A stretch of 64,000 nucleotides of DNA from an uncultured delta proteobacterium. Lineage in GTDB: Bacteria; Myxococcota; Myxococcia; Myxococcales; Anaeromyxobacteraceae. Made by a program: the position numbers and the translations under genes. The notes below the pieces were generated by a model, which searched no databases, was not told the origin of the DNA, and saw only the letters and a program-made list of their open reading frames with translations. The stretch is from the NCBI GenBank assembly GCA_963845515.1, contig CAWJSR010000058.1:32001-96000 (forward strand), read 5' to 3'. The number at the start of each line of letters is the position of its first letter. Position 1 is the stretch's first letter. Below, piece after piece: positions 11,019-21,135 of the stretch.

Positions 11019-12488
11019 CTAGAGCTTCACGCGAAGCGCGACGCCGCCCGAGAGCACGGGCGGCTGCGTCCGGAGGTCGGCGGTCAGCGGCGGGCCGATC
11101 TCGGCCTGCGAAACGTCGAGGGCGAAGCGGAACTCGCCTCCCTCGGTTCCAACGTACCCCGCCAGGAAGGACTCGACCGTCAGGTAGGTGTTGACCACCA
11201 TGGAGTGGTCGATCCGCACGGTGGCGCTCCCGTCCGAGAGGTTGGCGAGCACGTTCAGCGTGAAGGTGTGATCGTTCCAGGTCCCCGGCGCCGCGAGGAG
11301 CGCGAACGCGCCGGCGTAGTGACGCCCGACGTAGAAGGGGACGTAGTCGTTGCTCTCCCCGGGCAGGACCAGCGCGCGCTGGAGCCACGGGTAGATGTGG
11401 GGATCGTCGTAGCCGGCGCCGTTGTAGAAGTACTCGGCCCCGAACCGGACCGCGTCCTCGTCGGAGTAGTTGACGGCGTAGCTGACCCCGAGGACCGCCT
11501 GCGGCGTGATCCCGTCGAGCGACCGCTTGCCGTAGCGGTCGAAGACGGTCGGCGCGGCCGGATCGATCTCCTCCCAGAGCTGGACGTCGGACGACGTGCG
11601 CAGCGCCACCTCGCCGTGGACGTCGAGGTCCCAGATGCCCGTGGAGAAGTCGAGCCCGAAGCGCGGGCGCTGGCCGTCCCGGACGAGGGCGGTCGCTCCC
11701 AGCTCGGCCGGGCCGAGGACGACCTCGGCCCGGGCACCGCCCGCCACCTTCCCGATCGTGTTCGCGCCGTCACCCTTCCCCGAGGGGTCATCGAGGAACG
11801 CGATGGCGTAGAGGTTCCAGCCACGGGCCTCCCAGGGGACGTGCACCTTCACCATCGTCGTCCCGACGCGCGCGTCGAAGACGTCCAGGGGGTTGCGGCG
11901 GTCCGGGTGGAGGAAGTCGGTGGGGTTCCAGAAGCGCCCCACGCCCCACTTCACGTGCTGCTTCCCGACCGTGACGAAGGCGCGGCGCCCCACGTCGAAG
12001 TTCACCCACAGCTGGTCGAGGAAGACCTGCGGCTCGAGGCTCGCCCCCGGCGGCGTGACCCCGGGGAGCAGGCCGGCGGGGACGAAGGGGCTCCATAGGG
12101 TCCGCGCGAGCGCGAACGCGCGCACGCGGTCGTTCGGGCGCGTGTCGACGTAGACGTCGAGGAGGTTCGACGAGTAGAGCGGCCACTCCGACGGCGGCTT
12201 GAAGCGCTCCCACAGGGTGCTCGCGCGCAGGTAGAGCATCCCTCCGAGCGCCAGCGGGTTCTCCTGGGCCGCGGTCATGACCCCCGCCGGGGGACCCGCG
12301 CGGCCACCGCCCAGGATGGCGTCGTCTCGCCCGCTCACTGGGGGGGACGGCTCGGCCTGCGGCGCCGGCGCGGCCTCGGCGGCCGGCGTCGGCGCCCCGA
12401 AGAGCTCCTCCTCGGCGGGCCGGTCCTGCGCGGGGACGGCCGCGGCGGCGGCCAGCGCGGCGAGTGCGATCGCTATCCGTGTGATCAA
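11019..12488 (-). CDS. Putative outer-membrane beta-barrel protein
   Basis: TTG start after AAGGGG; signal peptide; VTVGKQHVKWGVGRFWNPTDF; amphipathic C-terminal strand. Confidence 0.75.
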   Translation of the reverse strand: MITRIAIALAALAAAAAVPAQDRPAEEELFGAPTPAAEAAPAPQAEPSPPVSGRDDAILGGGRAGPPAGVMTAAQENPLALGGMLYLRASTLWERFKPPSEWPLYSSNLLDVYVDTRPNDRVRAFALARTLWSPFVPAGLLPGVTPPGASLEPQVFLDQLWVNFDVGRRAFVTVGKQHVKWGVGRFWNPTDFLHPDRRNPLDVFDARVGTTMVKVHVPWEARGWNLYAIAFLDDPSGKGDGANTIGKVAGGARAEVVLGPAELGATALVRDGQRPRFGLDFSTGIWDLDVHGEVALRTSSDVQLWEEIDPAAPTVFDRYGKRSLDGITPQAVLGVSYAVNYSDEDAVRFGAEYFYNGAGYDDPHIYPWLQRALVLPGESNDYVPFYVGRHYAGAFALLAAPGTWNDHTFTLNVLANLSDGSATVRIDHSMVVNTYLTVESFLAGYVGTEGGEFRFALDVSQAEIGPPLTADLRTQPPVLSGGVALRVKL

Positions 12489-12499
12489 GCGCGTCCCCT

Positions 12500-13273
12500 T
12501 CAGCGGCTCTTGGACTCGAGCCAGGCCTTGGTGAAGAGGTTGGCCTCCAGCGGCCTGAGGTCGATCTCCTTGATCAGGATGAGCGTGGAGTTCCCCTTCT
12601 CGATCTCGTCGAAGATCCTCATCTCCTCGGGATACCAGACCTCGCCCTTCTTCGAGGGCGAGTAGACCTTCTTCCAGCGCGGGTAGTACGCCGTCCGCAT
12701 CAGCTTCCCGGAGAGCGCCAGCTCCTGCCGCTTCAGCACGTTGAGGGTCGCCTGGTCGACCCACAGCTCCACGACCGGGAAGGCGACGTCGACGCCGGCC
12801 TTCACCGTCAGCTTCAGGTGATCGACCGCGTAGACGCCGAGCCGCTCCTGTCCGATCCAGGCGGCGTCGTACTCCTCCACCAGCCGCGACTCGTCGAGGT
12901 CGCCGCGCCGCGTGTCGGTCCCGCCGATCCGCTCGCGCTCGGTCCGCCGCTCCCAACGGCCAGTCCCCGGATCGTACATCCACAGGTTCTTCTCCAGCCG
13001 GAGGTAGCCCTTCCCCGCCTCGCTCTTCGGCTTGGTGAAGAGGAACATCTGCTTGTCCTCCTCGTCGCGCCGGTAGACGAGGAGCTCGTAGACGACGTCG
13101 GTCTTCCCCTTCTCCTTCGCCTCCATGTAGCAGAGCGCCTTCCAGTCGCCCGAGTTGCGCTGGCGCTCGTCGACCGTGGCGACGACCTTCTTCAGCTCCT
13201 CGGCGGTGAGCGCTCGCGAGGCCACCGGGGCGGCGGCGAGGAGGAGGAGCGCGATGGGGGCGAGACGGTTCAT
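12500..13273 (-). CDS. Outer membrane lipoprotein-sorting (LolA-like) protein
   Basis: Signal peptide; FTKPKSEAGKGYL..NLWMYDP; ANLFTKAWLE. Confidence 0.85.
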   Translation of the reverse strand: MNRLAPIALLLLAAAPVASRALTAEELKKVVATVDERQRNSGDWKALCYMEAKEKGKTDVVYELLVYRRDEEDKQMFLFTKPKSEAGKGYLRLEKNLWMYDPGTGRWERRTERERIGGTDTRRGDLDESRLVEEYDAAWIGQERLGVYAVDHLKLTVKAGVDVAFPVVELWVDQATLNVLKRQELALSGKLMRTAYYPRWKKVYSPSKKGEVWYPEEMRIFDEIEKGNSTLILIKEIDLRPLEANLFTKAWLESKSR

Positions 13274-13277
13274 CGGT

Positions 13278-14585
13278 TCACCCGATCTGGTGCATGGCGG
13301 TGATTGGCTTGAGCCGCGCCGCGCGCCGCGCCGGGAACACCGACGCGAGCACGGTCACGGTCGCGAGGAGGAGGACGTCCGCGACGATGGTGCCTGGCTG
13401 GAGCAGGAAGTGGAGCTTCTCCTGGGACAGGAAGACCTGGACCGCCTCCGGGAGCGTGAAGGCCATGGCGTTGACTGCCGCGGCCACGGCAGCGGCGCCG
13501 AGCGCCCCCGCCGCGGTCCCGATCAGCCCCAGCAGCGCCGTCTCGAGGACGAAGAGCCAGAGCACCTTGCGCCGCTGCATGCCGATGGCGCGGAGCGTCC
13601 CGATCTCCCGCGTCCGCTCCCGGATCGCGATGGCGAGCGTGTTCAGGATCCCGATGATGACCACGATCATGAGCACGACCACGAGGATGTTCGAGACGAC
13701 CTTCAGGGCGAGGATGAACTGCTTGAACTGCCCCATCTCGTCGTCGGCCGTCGTGACGTCGATCTTCTGGCCGGTCCAGTCCTCGCTCGGGATCCTCAGC
13801 ATGAGCTTCATCCAGTACGGCTGCGCCTCGGGCTCCATGACGCGCAGCCCAGCGTCCCGGATCGCCGTGCGCAGCCGGGAGGCGACGGCCGGTCCGGCCG
13901 ACGGGTCCTTCAGGTAGACGTGGATGGCGCCGGTGGTGGCCGCGTTGAGGCCGTACAGCGTCCGCAAGGCGTCGGCCTGGACGAAGGCGGAGAAGGCGGA
14001 GAGGAGGCCGACGTTCTTCGCGACGACGACGACCCGCAGGTCGGCGGTGTTGTTCACCCCGCGCGCGGTCGGGGCCGAGATGGTGACGACGTCACCGACC
14101 TTCAGCTTGAGCCGCTCCGCCTGCCCCTCGAAGAGCAGGATGGTGTTGGGCTGCGCGAGGTCGTCGAGCCGCCCCTCCAGGATCCTGAGGGTCTTGCGGA
14201 AGGCCGGCTCGTTGGCGACCTCGACGCCGGCGAGCACGAGGTCCATCGAGCTGGACTCGGAGACCGCCTTCGCCCAGCCACGCCCGCGCACCGTGAGATA
14301 GTCCACCTCGGGGACGCGCTCCCTCACCAGCGCGACCAGCTTCGGGTAGTCGGCCACGAGCGGCGCGGCGCTGCCGCTCGTCACCTTGAAGAAGCCGCCG
14401 ACGTTGACGTGGCCGGTGAGGAGCGTGAGGGCCGACTCCATCATCGAGGCCTCCATCCCGGCGGTGAGCGACCCGAGGAGGACGAGCAGCCCGGTGACCG
14501 CCGCCAGGGCGCCGCCGAGGAAGAGGTTCCGCCGCGAGTGTCGGGTCAGGTTGCGGCCCGCGATCTGGATGTCCGTCAGGAACAT
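13278..14585 (-). CDS. ABC transporter permease (FtsX/LolE-like)
   Basis: IRERTREIGTLRAIGM and PARRAARLKPITAM. Confidence 0.92.
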   Translation of the reverse strand: MFLTDIQIAGRNLTRHSRRNLFLGGALAAVTGLLVLLGSLTAGMEASMMESALTLLTGHVNVGGFFKVTSGSAAPLVADYPKLVALVRERVPEVDYLTVRGRGWAKAVSESSSMDLVLAGVEVANEPAFRKTLRILEGRLDDLAQPNTILLFEGQAERLKLKVGDVVTISAPTARGVNNTADLRVVVVAKNVGLLSAFSAFVQADALRTLYGLNAATTGAIHVYLKDPSAGPAVASRLRTAIRDAGLRVMEPEAQPYWMKLMLRIPSEDWTGQKIDVTTADDEMGQFKQFILALKVVSNILVVVLMIVVIIGILNTLAIAIRERTREIGTLRAIGMQRRKVLWLFVLETALLGLIGTAAGALGAAAVAAAVNAMAFTLPEAVQVFLSQEKLHFLLQPGTIVADVLLLATVTVLASVFPARRAARLKPITAMHQIG

Positions 14586-14594
14586 GGTCGGTGC

Positions 14595-16733
14595 CTAGTC
14601 GTCGGTGGACATCGCCTCGACCGGCGAGACCTTCATCGCGATCACGGCCGGGTAGAGGGCGGAGAGGACGGAGACGGAGAGGACGATCACGAGCGAGAGC
14701 CCGAGCGCCAGCGCCCCCATCCTCGGCATCAGGGAGGGGCCCGCGAAGACGAAGTAGAGGAGGTCCGTCGTGGCCGGGATCCCGCCCGCGGCCCGGATCG
14801 CCGCCACGACGCCGCCGCCCAGGAGGGCACCGGCGAGGCCGAAGAGGAGCCCGATCGCCCCGATCTCGACCAGGAGCATGACGACGACGAACCGGCGCTG
14901 GGCGCCGATCGCCCGCATCGTCCCGACCTCCTTCACCCGCTGGAGCGTCGCCATCACCATGGCGTTGTTGATGATCACGAGGGCGACCGAGAAGAAGATG
15001 AGGAGCGCCGTGAAGAGGACGACGCGCATGAGGGTCACGAACTGGCCCACCATCCCCGACGCGGCCTGCCAGTCGATGGTCTTCAGCCCCAGCTTCGCGG
15101 CGTCGGCCGCCGCCTGCACGTCCTTCAGCGAGCGGCGCAGCCTCGACGGATCCTTCAGGATGATCGCGGCGTTCAGCACCTCGCCGTGCTCGATCTCCGA
15201 CTGCGAGTAGACGCGCGTGGCGGCCGCCTCGGCAGCGACCCGCTTCTCGCTCGCCCCTGCGACGAGCGACCGCTCGTCGATGGCGGCGGACTTCGACTCC
15301 GCCTCGAGCCCGCCGTCCAGGCCGAAGAGCTCCGCCTCGGCGCTGGCGCGCTCGACGTGCCGCGCGCCCATCGAGGCCTGGAGCCGCCGGATCTCCTCGG
15401 CCTTCTCGGCGGTGACGTAGCCGTAGAGGTCGCGGAAGCTCATCAGGTCCATCACGCTCATCATCCCCGCGATGCCCGACCGCTCGATCCCCTTGAACTG
15501 TAGGAAGCCGTAGACCTTCAGGTTGATCGAGTTGAAGTAGCCGCTCTTTGACGGCGCCTTGATGGTGATCGTCTCGCCCACGTTGATCATGTAGAGCCGC
15601 AGGAGCGGCGCGAGCACGTCGTAGAAGACGTGGTAGTCGCGCTCGAACGTCTCGTCGGTGGAGGCGAAGAGCTTCGCGAGCAGCGCCTCCAGCGGCACGT
15701 CGCTCTCCTCGCCGAGCCCCTTGCGGAGCCGGACCGCGGCCTCGTCGGCCTTGATGGGATCGAGCTGCAGGAGGATCTCCCTGATCCCGTTCCCGTTGTC
15801 CCTCACCCAGCGCTGCAGCTCCTCGTCCTTCGCGATCCGGCGTCCGCGTCGATCGCGGGCGTCCTTGATCTGGTCGAGCCGCCGGGCGTTCTTGAGCTTC
15901 AGCCACTCCTCCGCGAACTGCTTCCCCACGAGGATCCCGCGCTGCCCCGTCGGCACCCGCACGCCCTCCACCACCTCCGCCAGCGGGAAGGCCGTGAAGA
16001 AGGCGTCGACGTCCGTGCCGACGTAGCGCAGGAAGGTGAAGGCGTTGTCCATGGCCAGCGGCGCGATCCGGTTCTCGAGCAGCTCGAGGTTCCCGTAGCG
16101 GTCCTCGTCGAACGCGGCCCAGAACGGCTCGGCGGCGACGCGCTGCAGCGCCTCGACGTCCTGCTGCTTGTCCTGCGCCTCCCGCGAGTTCGGGTCGACG
16201 ATCGCGAGCGCCTGGTCGATCTCCCCGCGGAGCAGCCCGACCATGCGGTGGACGTGCGCCTTGTGCGACTCCCATGTCCGAAGCAGCTCCGGGTCGCGCT
16301 CCCCCTCCTCGAGGCGGCGGGCGTCGGCGCGGAGCCGCTCCAGCGCTGCGTCGAACGCGTTCCCGGTCGCGACCATCGCCTGGTCGATCCCCATGGGGAC
16401 CACCTGCTGGACGTTGGGGACCTCCTCGATCACCGCCTTCACCTTCGCGAAGTCCTCGATCGGGTCGAGCAGCGACTCGCCGCGGAGGCCGCCGTAGAGC
16501 TCGAGCGCACCCTCGGAGCTGGCGGCGTAGACCTGCAGGTGTCCCCCCAGGCTCCCCTGGATCGAGGTGCGGAGGCCGCGATCGATCGAGTCGAGCAGCG
16601 AGGTCCCGACCACTACCACCAGCGACCCGGCGAGGATGATGCTGCCGAGGATCGTGGTCCGGACGCGGCTCGCGAGCAGGTTGCGCAAGGCGATCCGGAG
16701 CAGGACCCGGATCGCGTCCCGGCGGGCGCTCAT
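14595..16733 (-). CDS. ABC transporter permease (FtsX-like) with large periplasmic insert
   Basis: IALRNLLASRVRT, QRVKEVGTMRAIGA, YPAVIAMKVSPVEAM. Confidence 0.92.
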   Translation of the reverse strand: MSARRDAIRVLLRIALRNLLASRVRTTILGSIILAGSLVVVVGTSLLDSIDRGLRTSIQGSLGGHLQVYAASSEGALELYGGLRGESLLDPIEDFAKVKAVIEEVPNVQQVVPMGIDQAMVATGNAFDAALERLRADARRLEEGERDPELLRTWESHKAHVHRMVGLLRGEIDQALAIVDPNSREAQDKQQDVEALQRVAAEPFWAAFDEDRYGNLELLENRIAPLAMDNAFTFLRYVGTDVDAFFTAFPLAEVVEGVRVPTGQRGILVGKQFAEEWLKLKNARRLDQIKDARDRRGRRIAKDEELQRWVRDNGNGIREILLQLDPIKADEAAVRLRKGLGEESDVPLEALLAKLFASTDETFERDYHVFYDVLAPLLRLYMINVGETITIKAPSKSGYFNSINLKVYGFLQFKGIERSGIAGMMSVMDLMSFRDLYGYVTAEKAEEIRRLQASMGARHVERASAEAELFGLDGGLEAESKSAAIDERSLVAGASEKRVAAEAAATRVYSQSEIEHGEVLNAAIILKDPSRLRRSLKDVQAAADAAKLGLKTIDWQAASGMVGQFVTLMRVVLFTALLIFFSVALVIINNAMVMATLQRVKEVGTMRAIGAQRRFVVVMLLVEIGAIGLLFGLAGALLGGGVVAAIRAAGGIPATTDLLYFVFAGPSLMPRMGALALGLSLVIVLSVSVLSALYPAVIAMKVSPVEAMSTDD

Positions 16734-17437
16734 CCCTTCACCCCGCCGTCGTTTGGACGCTCCCGGGCCGCGATCTGGCCGTCTGCGATCCGGACGATGG
16801 CGCTCGCGTGGCTCATCACCTTCGGATCGTGCGTCGAGAAGATGAAGGTGGTGCCGTCCTTGCGGTTCATGTCGCGCATCAGGTCGATGATGTTTGCCCC
16901 GGTCTGCGAGTCGAGGTTGGCGGTCGGCTCGTCGGCGAGGACCAGCCTGGGCCTGGAGACGAGCGCGCGGGCGACGGCGACGCGCTGGCGCTGCCCGCCC
17001 GACAGCTCGCTCGGCCGGTGGCGCGCGTACTCCCGGATCCCCACGGCGTCGAGGAGCCCGAGGACGCGGTCGGCACGCTCCTGCTTCGTCAGGCCGCCCT
17101 TGAGCAGGAGCGGAAACTCGATGTTCTGGAAGACCGACAGGACCTGGACGAGGTTGAAGCTCTGGAAGATGAAGCCGATCCGGTGGAGCCTCAGGTCCGT
17201 GAGCGCCCGCTCGCTGAGGCTCGCGGTGTCCTGCCCATCGACGAGGACGGATCCCGCGGTCGGCGTGTCCACGCAGCCGACGAGGTTGAGGAGCGTCGTC
17301 TTCCCGCTCCCGGACGGCCCTGCGATCGAGAGGAACTCGCCCTGCTCCACGTCGAGCGACACGCCGCGCAGCGCGGGGACCTCCGTCTTGCCGAGCGTGT
17401 AAACCTTAGAGACGTCCTTCACCGAGACGATCGCCAT
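16730..17437 (-). CDS. ABC transporter ATP-binding protein (LolD/MacB-like)
   Basis: GPSGSGKT, LSGGQRQRVA, LADEPTANLD, STHD. Confidence 0.96.
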   Translation of the reverse strand: MAIVSVKDVSKVYTLGKTEVPALRGVSLDVEQGEFLSIAGPSGSGKTTLLNLVGCVDTPTAGSVLVDGQDTASLSERALTDLRLHRIGFIFQSFNLVQVLSVFQNIEFPLLLKGGLTKQERADRVLGLLDAVGIREYARHRPSELSGGQRQRVAVARALVSRPRLVLADEPTANLDSQTGANIIDLMRDMNRKDGTTFIFSTHDPKVMSHASAIVRIADGQIAARERPNDGGVKG

Positions 17438-17487
17438 TCGGTCGCTCTCCTGCCTTCGTTCCTGGGGGTGAAGATGCTATCGCGGAC

Positions 17488-17670
17488 TCAGTCGTCGCGC
17501 TGCTCGAAAGCTATCGCGAAGCCGCCCGGCTCCTCCTCCTTCGCGAAGAGGGTGAGCGGGCGCCTGCACTCCGGGCACTCGGCGGTGATGAGCTGCTCCT
17601 CGCCACCACGCGGGTCCACGAAGACGACGAAGACGACGCCGCAGGCCGGGCACTCGACTTCCTGGTCCAT
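17488..17670 (-). CDS. CPXCG-motif small cysteine-rich (zinc-ribbon) protein
   Basis: ECPACG...ECPECRRP. Confidence 0.8.
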   Translation of the reverse strand: MDQEVECPACGVVFVVFVDPRGGEEQLITAECPECRRPLTLFAKEEEPGGFAIAFEQRDD

Positions 17671-17692
17671 GGCCCGCCATTATGAGGCCGCC

Positions 17693-18355
17693 GTGGCAAA
17701 GCGCCCCTTCCACAACCCTTTCGAGAAGCTGCGGGACCACCCGGCCGGGAGGCCGCCCCCGAAGCCGGCCCCTCCTCGGGAGCCTCCCCCGCGGCCGCCA
17801 CCGGCCGCGAAGACCGAGTCGGAGCTCTGGGAGGCCGCAATCGACGGCGCCCGCAAGCTCGATCCGGGGGCCGGAACGGTCGCCCCGCGCCAGCCGCGCC
17901 CGCCACCCGAGCGGGTGTGGCACCCCGACCTCGACGCTGTCGACGAGCTGAGGGCGCTGGTGTCCGGCGACTCCCCCTTCGACCTCGCGGACTCGGACGA
18001 GTTCATCGAGGGGTGGATCGAGGGGCTCGATCACAAGATCGTCGCGAAGCTGCGGCGCGGTGAGTTCTCGGTGCAGGGGCACTTCGACCTCCACGGCCTG
18101 AAGCGCGACGAGGCGAAGCGCGCGGTCGAGGAGTACCTCCGCGGCGCGCGCCTCGCGGGCAAGCGCTGCGTCATCGTGGTCCATGGACGGGGGCTCCACT
18201 CCAAGGACAACGTGCCGGTCCTCAAGGACGCGCTCCGGGGGTGGCTCGCGACAAACCGGTTCAGCCGGCACGTCCTCGCCTTCGCCACAGCGAAGCCGGT
18301 CGACGGCGGCGCGGGCGCCCTCTACGTCCTGCTGCGGAAGCCCGGCAAGGGCTGA
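17693..18355 (+). CDS. Smr domain protein
   Basis: FDLHGLKRDEA, VIVVHGRGLHS, DGGAGALYVLLR. Confidence 0.92.
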   Translation: MAKRPFHNPFEKLRDHPAGRPPPKPAPPREPPPRPPPAAKTESELWEAAIDGARKLDPGAGTVAPRQPRPPPERVWHPDLDAVDELRALVSGDSPFDLADSDEFIEGWIEGLDHKIVAKLRRGEFSVQGHFDLHGLKRDEAKRAVEEYLRGARLAGKRCVIVVHGRGLHSKDNVPVLKDALRGWLATNRFSRHVLAFATAKPVDGGAGALYVLLRKPGKG

Positions 18356-18497
18356 GCGGCCCCAGGAGCGCGGGGCGTTATCCGCAGCCGTTTCCACGGG
18401 TTGGGACCTCGCCCGCGGCTCGTGAACGGAAATGTAGTCAGTGCGGCGGTTTGACGCACTAGCGTCGAAGGCCTAGCGTTTCCTCGGGGGTCGCGAG

Positions 18498-19139
18498 GTG
18501 AACGTGTCCAGTCTACCGTCTGCAGCCATCTCCCTGCCGGTTTCGACGTATCGATCCCCGGACCTCAGCCGCATGACCGGGAAGGTCAAGGGGACGCTCC
18601 TCGTCGCGCGCATGAAGTTCATCCGCTCGCGCGGCGAGGTCGACGCGGAGCGCGTCCTCAAGCGGCTCTCCTCCGAGGACCAGGCGATCTTCCGCGGGAT
18701 GCTGCTGCCGAGCAGCTGGTACCCCGCCGGCGCGCTGCTCCGGCTCGAGCTGACCGCGGCCGCGATCCTCTCGAAAGGCGACCACCGCACGCTCTTCCGC
18801 GACATGGGGCGCTACACCGCCTCGACCAACCTCGCGCCCGACGGCGCGCAGCGGCCGTTCTTGCGGGAGGGCGATCCTCACGCCCTGCTCGACAGCGTCC
18901 CGCGGGTCTACGCGTCGCAGCACTCCTCCGGCCACCGGACCTGCGAGCGGACCGGCCTCACGTCCGCGGTCATCCGCCACTTCGACGACGAGCAGGCGGA
19001 CGCCGACGAGTGCCTGACGACGCTGGGCTGGCTGGAGCGCGCCGTGGAGATCGCCGGCGGCCGCGCGGTGGCGGTGGAGGAGTCGCAGTGCCGCCGCCAC
19101 GGCGCGGCGCACTGCGAGTTCCGGGTCGCCTGGCGGTAG
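18498..19139 (+). CDS. Myxobacterial TIGR02265-like protein with V4R-like C-terminus
   Basis: KVKGTLLVARMKF, LLPSSWYP, ESQCRRHGAAHCEFRVAW. Confidence 0.7.
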   Translation: MNVSSLPSAAISLPVSTYRSPDLSRMTGKVKGTLLVARMKFIRSRGEVDAERVLKRLSSEDQAIFRGMLLPSSWYPAGALLRLELTAAAILSKGDHRTLFRDMGRYTASTNLAPDGAQRPFLREGDPHALLDSVPRVYASQHSSGHRTCERTGLTSAVIRHFDDEQADADECLTTLGWLERAVEIAGGRAVAVEESQCRRHGAAHCEFRVAWR

Positions 19140-19248
19140 CGCCCCACCCGGAGGCGGCCGCGCGCCGGAGGCCGACCTCCGCCGCCTCCGGATCGACGGC
19201 GCGCCCGCGCCGTGTTCTCATCCGTCCTCAACGCCTGACTGGGAACGA

Positions 19249-21123
19249 ATGAGAATGATCCGGATCGCAGCGCCGCTCGCCGCAGCCCTCGCCGCCTCGC
19301 CCTCCATGGGAAGGGAGCGCGGCGAGATCCCCGAGAAGTACACGTGGAACCTGGACGACGTCTTCCCCTCGGAGATCGCCTGGAGAGCGGGGCGCGAAGA
19401 GCTGAAGCGGAGGATCCCGCGGGTGGCGGCCCACCGCGGCCACCTGGGCGACTCCCCGGAGGCCCTCTTCCGGGCGCTCGACGAGCTCTACGCGACGCGG
19501 GCGCTGCTGGAGCGGACCTGGGTCTACGCCTCGATGCGCTCCGACGAGGACACCCGTGAGGCGCGCCCGCTGGAGATGAAGCAGGAGCTGCAGCAGCTCT
19601 CCGTCGACTTCGAGGCGGCGACCTCGTGGCTCCGGCCGGAGCTGCTCGCGCTGGGGCCCAGGAAGGTCAAGGGCTTCCTCGCGAAGGATCCGCGGCTCGC
19701 GCCGTACCGGCACCCGCTCGACGACGTGCTCCGGTGGAAGCCCCACACCCTCTCGGCCGCCGAGGAGCGCGTGGCGGCCGAGGCGGGAAACCTCGGAGCG
19801 GGCCAGGCCGTCTACTCGGTCTTCAAGGACGCCGACCTCCCCTTCCCCGTGGTGAAGCTCTCCACCGGGGAGGCACTGGTCGACCAGGCCAGCTTCGGTC
19901 TCCTGCGGGCGTCGCCGGTCCGCGCGGACCGGCTCGAGGTCTTCAAGGCGTTCTTCGGCGCGTTCTCGAGGTTCCAGCGCACGCTCGGGACGACGCTCTA
20001 CGCGCAGGTGAAGGCGCACCTCTTCGAGGTGAAGGTCCGCGGCTTCGGCAGCGCGCTCGAGTCCGCGCTCTTCCGCAACGGGATCCCACCCGCCGTCTAC
20101 CGGCAGCTCGTCGGCGACGTGAGGCGGAGCCTCCCGACGCTCCATCGCTACCTCGACCTGCGGCGCCGCATGCTCGGGCTCGAGCAGCTCCGGTACGAGG
20201 ACCTGTACGTGCCGCTCGTGGCCAGCGTCGACGCGAGCTACACGCCGGAGGCGGCGATGGCGCTCACCCTCGAGGCGTTCGCGCCGCTCGGGAAGGAGTA
20301 CGTGGCTGCGCTGAAGGGGGGCTACGAGAGCCGCTGGAGCGACTTCCTCCCCTCCACCGGCAAGCGGTCGGGGGCGTACTCGACCGGCGTCTACGGCGTC
20401 CACCCGTACCAGCTGCTCAACTTCAACGGGAAGTACGACGACATGTCGACGCTGGCCCACGAGTCGGGCCACTCGATGCACACGCTGCTGGCCTCGCAGG
20501 CGCAGCCGTACGCTACCGCGGACTACGCCATCTTCGTGGCGGAGGTGGCGTCGACGCTCAACGAGAACCTGCTGCTGCACCACCAGCTCTCGAAGGCGAC
20601 GGACGACGACACCCGCCTCTTCCTGCTCGGGAGCTGGCTCGACACGCTGCGGGCGACGCTCTTCCGCCAGACCCTCTTCGCCGAGTTCGAGCTGGCGATC
20701 CACGAGATGGCGGAGCGGGGCGAGACGCTCACCGGCGAGAACCTCTCGGCGCTCTACCTGAAGCTGAGCCGCGAGTATCACGGCCACGACGCGAAGGTCT
20801 GCTACGTGGACGACCTCGTCGCCGCGGAGTGGGGCTACATCCCGCACTTCTATTACGACTTCTACGTCTACCAGTACGCCACGAGCCTGGTGGCCTCGAC
20901 CTCAATCGCCCGCGCCATCCGCGAGGAGGCGAAGCACGGCGGCACGAAGGCGCGCGACGCCTACCTCGCGATGCTGAGGGCGGGCGGCTCGAAGTACCCG
21001 ATCGAGCTGCTGAAGGACGCCGGCGTCGACGTCACGACCTCGGCCCCCTTCGACGCGGCCATGCAGGAGATGAACTCGATAATGGACGAGCTCGAGGGGA
21101 TCCTGGCGCGGCGGAAGACGTAG
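19249..21123 (+). CDS. pepF: Oligoendopeptidase F (M3B) with signal peptide
   Basis: IPEKYTWNL, GKRSGAYS, HESGH zinc motif, AEVAST, PHFYYDFYVYQYA. Confidence 0.95.
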   Translation: MRMIRIAAPLAAALAASPSMGRERGEIPEKYTWNLDDVFPSEIAWRAGREELKRRIPRVAAHRGHLGDSPEALFRALDELYATRALLERTWVYASMRSDEDTREARPLEMKQELQQLSVDFEAATSWLRPELLALGPRKVKGFLAKDPRLAPYRHPLDDVLRWKPHTLSAAEERVAAEAGNLGAGQAVYSVFKDADLPFPVVKLSTGEALVDQASFGLLRASPVRADRLEVFKAFFGAFSRFQRTLGTTLYAQVKAHLFEVKVRGFGSALESALFRNGIPPAVYRQLVGDVRRSLPTLHRYLDLRRRMLGLEQLRYEDLYVPLVASVDASYTPEAAMALTLEAFAPLGKEYVAALKGGYESRWSDFLPSTGKRSGAYSTGVYGVHPYQLLNFNGKYDDMSTLAHESGHSMHTLLASQAQPYATADYAIFVAEVASTLNENLLLHHQLSKATDDDTRLFLLGSWLDTLRATLFRQTLFAEFELAIHEMAERGETLTGENLSALYLKLSREYHGHDAKVCYVDDLVAAEWGYIPHFYYDFYVYQYATSLVASTSIARAIREEAKHGGTKARDAYLAMLRAGGSKYPIELLKDAGVDVTTSAPFDAAMQEMNSIMDELEGILARRKT

Positions 21124-21135
21124 CCGCTTCCCGCC

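Noticed and set aside
18378..18400. DnaA-box-like TTATCCGCA and TTTCCACGG
   Set aside because: Only two imperfect boxes, no AT-rich unwinding element, and no origin-associated genes nearby
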